From the NCBI GenBank assembly GCA_045128275.1, contig JBGVRH010000046.1, positions 51,178-115,177 of the forward strand: a stretch of DNA of 64,000 nt, written 5' to 3'. Below are positions 37,271 to 44,478 of this stretch, one piece after another (within the stretch, counting starts at the first letter, position 1; every line of letters starts with the position of its first letter). This DNA comes from Eubacteriales bacterium (GTDB taxonomy: Bacteria; Bacillota; Clostridia; Oscillospirales; CAG-272). The translations under genes and the position numbers were made by a program. Below the pieces are notes generated by a model, which worked only from the letters and a program-made list of their open reading frames with translations, did not search any database and was not told the origin of the DNA.

Positions 37271-37625
37271 TCCTTTTCCGCCCTGTCGGTGAAGCCGAGC
37301 TGCGGCTGATCGCCGAGACAAACTTTCGCACCTTCCCTCCCCGGCTGGACTGGCAGCCCATCTTTTATCCCGTGTTGAATCAGCGGTATGCCAAGAGATC
37401 GCGGACAGATGGAACACCAAGGATCCCGCGTCGGGCTATCGGGGCTACGTGACCCGCTTTGAGGTGGATGATGCCTATATCGTCCGTTTTCCTGTGCAGA
37501 CCGTGGGCGCGAGCTATCACCAAGAGCTATGGGTTCCCGCCGAGGAACTGGAAGAATTCAATCAACATATTCTGGGTAAGATCGAGATCGTCAAAACCAT
37601 AGAAGGAACCTGCTCCGACACATAA
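37267..37625 (+). pseudogene. conserved small protein, frameshifted
   Basis: The ORF MILFRPVGEAELRLIAETNFRTFPPRLDWQPIFYPVLNQRYA turns into basic nonsense near 37392-37396. The -1 frame reads EIADRWNTKDPASGYRGYVTRFEVDDAYIV...WVPAEELEEFNQHILGKIEIV through to TAA 37623-37625. Confidence 0.6.
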
Positions 37626-37649
37626 ACATCTTTTGAAAGGACGCCGCTC

Positions 37650-39449
37650 ATGTACGAAAGCACCTCCATCCGCCTCCAAGCCCACAAGGGCGATTCCGTA
37701 AACGCCCCCGAGAACACCATGGCCGCCTTCCGCGCCGCCTGTGATGCGGGGTATGAATTCATCGAGCTGGATCCCAAATTCACCTCCGACGGGGTGTGCG
37801 TGCTACACCACGATTGGACGGTGAACAGAACAGGACATAGCGCCGACGGTACCGCTCTGCCTCCCGACACGCGGGTGGACGGGCTGACTCTGACCGAACT
37901 GAAGGCGTTGGACTTCGGGGTGTGGTTCTCCGAGGAGTTTCGCAGGGAGACCATCCCCACCTTTGAGGAGGCCATCCCCTACATCCTGTCCCGTGGCGTG
38001 TCGGTCAAGGTGGACAACGTGTGGGAGCGGTTCACCCCCGAGCAGCAGGAGATCCTGTTCGGTCTCGTGCGAAGGATCGGTGCCTGTCACCCCGAGACGG
38101 GGGCGAGGATTGGCATGACCTGCGCGCGGCTGGAGAACGTGGCGCGGGTTGCGAAGGAGCTTCCCGAGGCGGCCATTCATTACGATGGATTGGTGGACGA
38201 TGCGGCTCTTGCGGCTCTGGATGAGTCCGCGGCGGGGCGGGAGCTGTACATCTGGCTTCGGTTCCACAACGCCAAGACCGCGTGGAACAAGAATCCTCCC
38301 GTGGATGCCGCGTATGCCGAAAAGGTCAAGGCGCACGGGCGGTTGGGGATCTGGCTGATCGACGACCCTGACGAGATGCCCGCTGTGAGGGAGTTTGCGC
38401 CCTTTGTGGTGGAGACCAACGGTGGGGTGAGGCCAACAAAAAATAATATTTGTTACTTCACGAAATCTACTGAAAAGCTCCTAACAATATTGCAACTTCT
38501 CGATGTTCCCAAAGATGACATCATAGGTATTATGATGCTATGTGAAAACAACGAAGAAATCAGTAACAAGGTACTAGGTTATGTGATTTTCAAGGAAGAA
38601 ACCAATTTTGGAATCACCTATTCTGATATTCTGTCGTATACCATGTCTGTTCGCATACATATGGGGCTCGACCGCATTCAGTTTTTGCCCTTCTGTATGT
38701 ATGTCCGCTACATTAAAGAATCGACGGAAGAACTCTACCACGGCGATTTTTATTATGTGAATACCGTATACGGATGGGATGAAAGCAGTTATCTGCTTGT
38801 GAATGAATTGGATGAAGAAAAGGAGTATCCTGCAGAAGATTTTGAACGGATCACCCCCTCATTGATCGTATACACCGGATATGAGGACGAGGCTGGAAAT
38901 CTTTGCGCCGAAGAAGGCTTTGAAATTGGGGAACAGTACCGCGTAACAAAGATTCAAAATATGTACTACATACTGGACAACGGACGTCAATGTGTTGACG
39001 AAGAGATCTGGCCTGTCGAGTTTATACCAACACCTCCATCCCCTGAAAAAGCCATTTCGCACGACACCGCTTTGAACTATTTGAAACACGCCATTGAGCA
39101 CGGTGATGTTCACGGATTTTCAAAGCATCTTACGGATCAAACCGAGTTAATCTGTGATTTCGATGACAGCCATCTCGTTGGGCCGAATGCGATCATCAAA
39201 TATTTTCTGGAACAGCATAATTGTGTACTGGATCATGGTCTGTTTCGATTCGTATTAAACGGAAAAGTCGAGGAAACAGGGCAATCTCCTTTCCAAGCAG
39301 GTGAACAGATTCTTTTGATCCATGAAAAAAATCCCAACGAGGACGGTCTCTTCCCTTTTCATGCGAACACAAAAGAACACGGGTGTTTCATCACCAAAAT
39401 CATCATAACCAATCATCTGGTTCAATCATTGACTCCTACCGAGGACTGA
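37650..39449 (+). CDS. glycerophosphodiester phosphodiesterase domain fused to an AT-rich C-terminal extension
   Basis: 599 aa. The first ~260 aa are GDPD-like (QAHKGDSVNAPENTMAAF...IELDPKFTSDGVCVLHHD). From about nt 38436 the composition drops sharply to AT-rich and the remaining ~340 aa are unrecognised. Confidence 0.65.
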   Translation: MYESTSIRLQAHKGDSVNAPENTMAAFRAACDAGYEFIELDPKFTSDGVCVLHHDWTVNRTGHSADGTALPPDTRVDGLTLTELKALDFGVWFSEEFRRETIPTFEEAIPYILSRGVSVKVDNVWERFTPEQQEILFGLVRRIGACHPETGARIGMTCARLENVARVAKELPEAAIHYDGLVDDAALAALDESAAGRELYIWLRFHNAKTAWNKNPPVDAAYAEKVKAHGRLGIWLIDDPDEMPAVREFAPFVVETNGGVRPTKNNICYFTKSTEKLLTILQLLDVPKDDIIGIMMLCENNEEISNKVLGYVIFKEETNFGITYSDILSYTMSVRIHMGLDRIQFLPFCMYVRYIKESTEELYHGDFYYVNTVYGWDESSYLLVNELDEEKEYPAEDFERITPSLIVYTGYEDEAGNLCAEEGFEIGEQYRVTKIQNMYYILDNGRQCVDEEIWPVEFIPTPPSPEKAISHDTALNYLKHAIEHGDVHGFSKHLTDQTELICDFDDSHLVGPNAIIKYFLEQHNCVLDHGLFRFVLNGKVEETGQSPFQAGEQILLIHEKNPNEDGLFPFHANTKEHGCFITKIIITNHLVQSLTPTED

Positions 39450-39470
39450 TTGTACGAGTAAGAAACTGCT

Positions 39471-40265
39471 ATGAAACGAACACTCTTAACTATTGATTCC
39501 AATCTTTTCCCTACCGAGTACCGCCCCCTGCTGACAGGCGCGCCCGTCTACGACAGCTCCTGCTCCCCTGCGGCGAGGGTGTACTACATCGACCGCGACG
39601 GGGGGTACTACCTCAAGACCCAGCCCGTGGCCAAGGGGTCTCTGCGCCTTGAGGCCGAGAAGGGCCGCTTCTTCTTTGAGAAGGGCTTGGGCGCGGAGGT
39701 GCTTTCCTACACCACCGTGGGGGAGTCCGATTGGCTTCTGACCCGCCGTGTGGTGGGGGAGGACTGCACCCATGCCGAGTATCTGGCACAACCCGAGCGG
39801 CTGGTGGAGCTGTGGGCGGAGATCCTGCGTCGACTCCACGATCTGCCCATTGAGGGCTGTCCCGCGCCCGATTATCTGGGCAAATATCTGGCCTTGGCGG
39901 AGGAGAACTACCGCACGGGCAACTATGACAAGAGCCAATTCCCCGACAGCTTCGGGTACACCTGTGCCGAGGAGGCGTGGGGGGTTCTGTCCGAGGGCAA
40001 GCACCTTTTGAAGGCCGACACCCTCATCCACGGGGACTACTGTCTCCCCAACGTCCTGCTGGACGGGTGGAGATTCTCGGGGTTCATCGACCTTGGGAAC
40101 AGCGGTGTGGCGGATCGACACATCGACCTGTTCTGGGGTGCGTGGACGCTGGGGTTCAATCTGCACACCGATGCCTACCGTGGGCGGTTCTTCGATGCCT
40201 ACGGGCGGGATAAGGTGGACGAGGACTTGATCCGCGTGGTGGCGGCGGCGGAAGTGTTTGGGTGA
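39471..40265 (+). CDS. aminoglycoside phosphotransferase family (APH(3')-like) kinase
   Basis: 264 aa with catalytic loop HGDYCLPNVLL and IDLGNSGVADRHIDL. Confidence 0.8.
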   Translation: MKRTLLTIDSNLFPTEYRPLLTGAPVYDSSCSPAARVYYIDRDGGYYLKTQPVAKGSLRLEAEKGRFFFEKGLGAEVLSYTTVGESDWLLTRRVVGEDCTHAEYLAQPERLVELWAEILRRLHDLPIEGCPAPDYLGKYLALAEENYRTGNYDKSQFPDSFGYTCAEEAWGVLSEGKHLLKADTLIHGDYCLPNVLLDGWRFSGFIDLGNSGVADRHIDLFWGAWTLGFNLHTDAYRGRFFDAYGRDKVDEDLIRVVAAAEVFG

Positions 40266-40296
40266 ATGCGAAATGCAAAATGCAAAATGCAAAATC
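40266..40296. repeat. heptamer tandem repeat (ATGCAAA)n
   Basis: atgcgaa atgcaaa atgcaaa atgcaaa, beginning at the nucleotide after the APH stop codon. Confidence 0.85.
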
Positions 40297-40317
40297 AAGA
40301 ACGATATAACGAAAACC

Positions 40318-40713
40318 ATGAAGAAGACAAAACCTTTATTCATCCCCTGTACAGAGAAGCGCAAAGGCTCTACCGCCTACTACGAATTCCAATACTGCAA
40401 GCGTGACCTGACCGTGGAGCAAGCGGTCAAGTCGGATGCGTGGACGTACTGGGCGGAGGATTCCCTGCTGGTTCACATGGACGGGGAGCATGAGCTGTTT
40501 CAGCACTACATAAAGCCGTATATGTCCGCGCCCCACGCGCCAAATGGGAGTCGGGTGTACTTCTACGCGGGAGTCAACTACTACACCCGCGAGGAGACCG
40601 CCGAGATGCTGGATAAGATCAAGGCAGACCGCCCCGACGAGTGTGAGGTGCTGATCCCGTGGCTGGAGCGGGCGGCGGGGGAGCTTTACGGATTCTATAT
40701 TTTGGGGATCTGA
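40318..40713 (+). CDS. hypothetical protein
   Basis: 131 aa from MKKTKPLF. The upstream part of the ORF is repeat-derived. Confidence 0.5.
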   Translation: MKKTKPLFIPCTEKRKGSTAYYEFQYCKRDLTVEQAVKSDAWTYWAEDSLLVHMDGEHELFQHYIKPYMSAPHAPNGSRVYFYAGVNYYTREETAEMLDKIKADRPDECEVLIPWLERAAGELYGFYILGI

Positions 40714-40738
40714 TACCCTTACTACATAGGAGAAAACC

Positions 40739-41320
40739 ATGAAGAAGAAAAAAACATGCATCCCCCTCCCCGAGGGGTGCGAGACCTTTCGCGGGTCGGG
40801 TATAGTCGGGTTGACGGCGGCTTGTCTGGATGCTACCTTGCTCCTGACCGCGCTGTTTCTTCCCGTTCTCCTGTGCCTTGCCTTACAGGAGCAGAACGCC
40901 CGCCACTTTCTGCTGATCCTGCTCCTGATCCCCCTTCTGATCTGTGTTTACATTCCGGTTGGTTGCATCGTCCTCCTGCTCTCCCGCCTGTTCGTCAAGC
41001 CCCGCGTGGGGATTCTGGACGGACGGATCTACATGACGAACTCACGACGCTCCATCCCTATGGCAGAAATTCGCTCCATGGAGCTGTTTCTCGGAAGCTA
41101 CAGCCACAGGCGCACAGCTCAGCCCACGCACCTGACCGTTACACTTCCCCACGACGAGACCCTCGTGATCTCCCATCCTTCCCCTCGTCTTCTCCGTACC
41201 TTACGCAGATCTCTTCCCGACGTACAATTTACCGTGAATTGGAAGTACCGCGTATGGATTAACGGCGGTATCGGACTGATCGGAGGCGTGATCTTGGGGA
41301 TCGTAATTCTTTGCCTATGA
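40739..41320 (+). CDS. hypothetical membrane protein (bPH-like C-terminal region)
   Basis: 193 aa with two N-terminal TM helices and one C-terminal TM helix. Confidence 0.5.
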   Translation: MKKKKTCIPLPEGCETFRGSGIVGLTAACLDATLLLTALFLPVLLCLALQEQNARHFLLILLLIPLLICVYIPVGCIVLLLSRLFVKPRVGILDGRIYMTNSRRSIPMAEIRSMELFLGSYSHRRTAQPTHLTVTLPHDETLVISHPSPRLLRTLRRSLPDVQFTVNWKYRVWINGGIGLIGGVILGIVILCL

Positions 41321-41345
41321 CCTTTTACCCCCATAAGGAGCCTAT

Positions 41346-42299
41346 ATGACCAACTGGAAACAAATCACCCTCACCACCCCTCGCCTCATCCTGCGCCCGT
41401 GGGTGGAGACCGACGCCGAGGCCTTGTACCGCTTTGCCCGTGACCCTCTGGTGGGGCCGCCCGCGGGCTGGCCGCCTCACACGTCGGTGGAGAACAGCCG
41501 CGAGATCATCCGCACTGTCCTTGCGGCGCGGGAGACCTATGCCATGGTGTTGCGCTACGATACAACCGACTCGCTCAGCGGGGAGGTCATCTCTGCGGGG
41601 ACACCCGTGGGGAGCGTGGGCATCATGTTCAAGGGCTGCGGCTCTTACCCGCACATGGCGAACACCGAGGCCGAGATCGGCTACTGGGTGGCTCTGCCCC
41701 TCTGGGGGCGGGGACTGGTGCCCGAGGCGGTGAAGGCCTTGCAGGCGCGGTGCTTTACCGACTTGAAGCTGGACGGTCTGTGGTGCGGGTACTACGAGGG
41801 GAACGAAAAATCCCGACGGGTACAGGAAAAATGTGGTTTTACGCCGCGGTGCGACATGGAGATCCCGCCCCATCCCTTAAACGGGGCGACGAAGGAATAT
41901 TTCACCTACCTGTCCCGCGAGGCGTGGGAGGTCATGCAAGAGCCTGTGACCCATGAAATGAGCCTGCGGGAGGCCCCCTATCGCGCGGTGGCCTCGGGGC
42001 GCAAGGTGATCGAGATGCGGTTATTTGACCCCAAGCGGCAGATATTGCAGGCGGGGGATGAGATCCGCTTCACCCTTGTGGGAGGAGACGAATCCGTCAC
42101 CGCCCTTGTGGTGGGGCTTCACTACTTCCCTTCCTTTGCCGAGTTGTATGAGGCCATGATCCCCCGCGTGGGGGCGGTGGGCCTGGGGTATGGCGAGGGG
42201 GAGGTGCCCCATCCCGACGATATGCTGGAGTATTATTCCGAGGATGCCATTGCCCGCTTCGGGGTGGTGGGGATCGAGATTGAAATTCGGAATTCGTAA
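41346..42299 (+). CDS. GNAT N-acetyltransferase (RimJ/RimL-like) fused to an ASCH domain
   Basis: 317 aa. N-terminus LTTPRLILRPWVETDAEALYRFARDP... is GNAT-like. The C-terminal ~110 aa (VIEMRLFDPKRQILQAGDEIRF...) is ASCH-like. Confidence 0.75.
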   Translation: MTNWKQITLTTPRLILRPWVETDAEALYRFARDPLVGPPAGWPPHTSVENSREIIRTVLAARETYAMVLRYDTTDSLSGEVISAGTPVGSVGIMFKGCGSYPHMANTEAEIGYWVALPLWGRGLVPEAVKALQARCFTDLKLDGLWCGYYEGNEKSRRVQEKCGFTPRCDMEIPPHPLNGATKEYFTYLSREAWEVMQEPVTHEMSLREAPYRAVASGRKVIEMRLFDPKRQILQAGDEIRFTLVGGDESVTALVVGLHYFPSFAELYEAMIPRVGAVGLGYGEGEVPHPDDMLEYYSEDAIARFGVVGIEIEIRNS

Positions 42300-42317
42300 T
42301 GCGTAATTCGTAATTGG
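42285..42317. repeat. heptamer tandem repeat (CGTAATK)n
   Basis: attcgga attcgta atgcgta attcgta att. Overlaps the last 4 codons and the TAA of the GNAT-ASCH gene. Confidence 0.85.
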
Positions 42318-42355
42318 AGAGCGGTGACGGGGGCGGTATCGGATCCCGGTCGCGA

Positions 42356-42557
42356 TTCAAATTTGGGTTTGACGGTGAGGCGGCCGCGTCCTTGACCCTC
42401 CCCTTTGGGGAGGGGGGACCGCGGAGCGGTGGGTGAGGTTTGAGAAGCATGTTGTGTGTCAACGGTTTTCACCTCATCCACCACCTTCGGTGGTCCCCCT
42501 TCCCCAAAGGGGAAGGTCGGGGAACGGGGGAACGAACCGATCACTAAACAGCAATTT
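42356..42557. mobile_element. TIR-bounded long-hairpin element, GC-rich mini-palindrome stem type
   Basis: Ends are TTCAAATTTGGGTTTGACGG and CCGATCACTAAACAGCAATTT. Arms are inverted copies carrying CCCTCCCCTTTGGGGAGGGG-type local palindromes. The loop ends AACGGTTTTC. Confidence 0.6.
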
Positions 42558-42591
42558 TTTTCACAACATTCAACAGAAACGAGAACATCAC

Positions 42592-44124
42592 ATGGACTAC
42601 GAACACATCCAATGCCACGGTGAGGGCTTGACTCTCCCTCGCGGCTTTGCCGAGCGGATGCGGAGCATGCTGGGGGATGACTTCCCCGCCTTCTGCGACT
42701 CCTACGCCAAGGACATCCACCCCTCCCTGCGGGTGAACACCCTGAAGCTGACTCCCGAGGGACTGCGGGAGATCGCGCCCTTCGTGGGGAGTGAGATCCC
42801 TTGGCAGAGAAACGGCTTTTACTACACCACCGACGGGGAGACCCGCCCCGGCAAGCACCCCCTCCACGAGGCGGGGGCGTACTACATCCAGGAGGCCAGC
42901 GCCATGCTTCCCGCCTCCCTGTGTCCCCCCAAGCCGGGCGAGCGGGTACTTGACCTCTGCGCCGCCCCCGGCGGTAAGGCTACTCAGCTGGCCGCCGCCC
43001 TGTGCGGTGAGGGGCTTTTGGTGGCCAACGAGATCCACCCCACCCGCGCGGGGATTTTGTCCCAGAACATGGAGCGCATGGGGGTACGGAACGCCGTAGT
43101 GACCAACGCCACCCCCGCCGAGCTTTCGGAAAAATTCCCCGCCTTCTTTGACAGGATCGTGGTGGACGCGCCCTGCTCGGGGGAGGGAATGTTCCGCAAG
43201 GAGGCGGATGCCGTGACCATGTGGAGTCCCGAGAACGTGGCTCTCTGCGCCGCGCGACAGGGTGAGATCCTGGAAGAGGCGGCGAAAATGCTCCGCGCGG
43301 GCGGGTACTTGGTCTACTCCACCTGCACCTTCGCCCCCGCCGAGAACGAGGGGGCGGTAATGAATTTCCTGTCCCGCCATCCCGAATTCGAGGTGGTTCG
43401 GTCTGCCGAAGACGCTGTTATAGAGTCCCGCGAAAGGGGACTTCTGGACGGCGGCAGACCCGAGTGGGAGGAGGAGTACGGTCAGTTCCCCGCAAGCATC
43501 GCGGATCAGGTGAAGGACACCTACCGCGTGTTCCCCCACCATTGCGACGGCGAGGGGCATTTCGCGGCACTCCTGCACAAGCGGGAGGAGGGTGGTGAAG
43601 TCCCCCTCTCCTCCAAGGAAGGCAAAAAGAAGAGCCGCAAGCCCGAAAAGCCAAGCGGCGGCAAGGGAAAGCCCGCGCCTGTGACCGTTGCGGTCAAGCT
43701 CCTTGAGGAGTTCTGCCGCGAGGTCATGGGGGGGATTCCTTCGTGGGTCGGGGAGACGGTTCCCTGCCTGTTCGGGGACAAGCTGTACCTGGTGCCCAAG
43801 GCTCTGTGCGGTGAAATCGACCCCACCGAAGCGTTGAAGGGTCTCCGCGTGCTGCGCGCGGGGCTCTGCGTGGGGACGGTGGTGGGTCTGGACAAGGGGC
43901 GCGGGCGGTTTGAGCCCGATCATGCCCTGGCGCTCTGCGCGGGGGCGGGAATCCGCACCCTTGCGGTGGACTATGACTCTGCGGTGGCTTACCTGCGGGG
44001 TGAGACGCTCCCCTGCGAATTACGGGGCTGGCATACCGTGAGCTACTGCGGGCTTCCCCTCGGCTGGGGCAAGGCCTCGGATGGGGTGATGAAGAATCAT
44101 TATCCCAAGGGGCTGCGGTGGTAA
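42592..44124 (+). CDS. rsmF: NOL1/NOP2/Sun-family rRNA cytosine-C5 methyltransferase (RsmF/RsmB-like)
   Basis: 510 aa from MDYEHI. SAM motif DLCAAPGGKATQLA, PCSGEGMFRK, STCTFAPAENE. Confidence 0.85.
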   Translation: MDYEHIQCHGEGLTLPRGFAERMRSMLGDDFPAFCDSYAKDIHPSLRVNTLKLTPEGLREIAPFVGSEIPWQRNGFYYTTDGETRPGKHPLHEAGAYYIQEASAMLPASLCPPKPGERVLDLCAAPGGKATQLAAALCGEGLLVANEIHPTRAGILSQNMERMGVRNAVVTNATPAELSEKFPAFFDRIVVDAPCSGEGMFRKEADAVTMWSPENVALCAARQGEILEEAAKMLRAGGYLVYSTCTFAPAENEGAVMNFLSRHPEFEVVRSAEDAVIESRERGLLDGGRPEWEEEYGQFPASIADQVKDTYRVFPHHCDGEGHFAALLHKREEGGEVPLSSKEGKKKSRKPEKPSGGKGKPAPVTVAVKLLEEFCREVMGGIPSWVGETVPCLFGDKLYLVPKALCGEIDPTEALKGLRVLRAGLCVGTVVGLDKGRGRFEPDHALALCAGAGIRTLAVDYDSAVAYLRGETLPCELRGWHTVSYCGLPLGWGKASDGVMKNHYPKGLRW

Positions 44125-44435
44125 ATTGCAGTTTATCGGTCTCCGACCGACAAACTGCAAGTGAAGCGCTCCCGCTGGTCGCATGAAGAGCGGCAGAGCC
44201 GCATGAAGCGCTCCCGTTGGTCGCATGAAGTACGCCATTCGGGCGCGATAAGGTGCAGATCCTTCGGATCTGTCCATTTAAAATAAAATTGAAACCCGAA
44301 GGGTTTCTTCCTTCATGCGGCAAAGCCGCGCTTCATTCACGCGTAGCGTGAACTTCACGCTCGCTTGCGAGCACTTCATGCGCCTTAGGCGCACTTCATT
44401 TGGGTTTATCGCAGAGCGATAAACCCAAATTTGAA
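44123..44435. mobile_element. composite hairpin-ended element with 28-nt conserved core
   Basis: Q hairpin AAATTGCAGTTTATCGG..CCGACAAACTGCAA, arms of ~20-nt mini-hairpin units, core GGTGCAGATCCTTCGGATCTGTCCATTT (44252-44279), and P hairpin ..TTTGGGTTTATCGCAGAGCGATAAACCCAAATTTGAA. Overlaps the rsmF TAA. Confidence 0.6.
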
Positions 44436-44478
44436 TCTCCCTCCATCTATATACATCATTTTCCGAAAGGACACTTTT

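Noticed and set aside
44020-44277. Minus-strand ORFs beginning MDRSEGSAP in both composite elements (44020-44277 and 48945-49418). I considered them as a possible conserved small protein encoded by the 28-nt core.
   Set aside because: The similarity ends after nine residues, that is, at the end of the core itself. There is no Shine-Dalgarno. Both ORFs run on through repeat arms into antisense of neighbouring genes.
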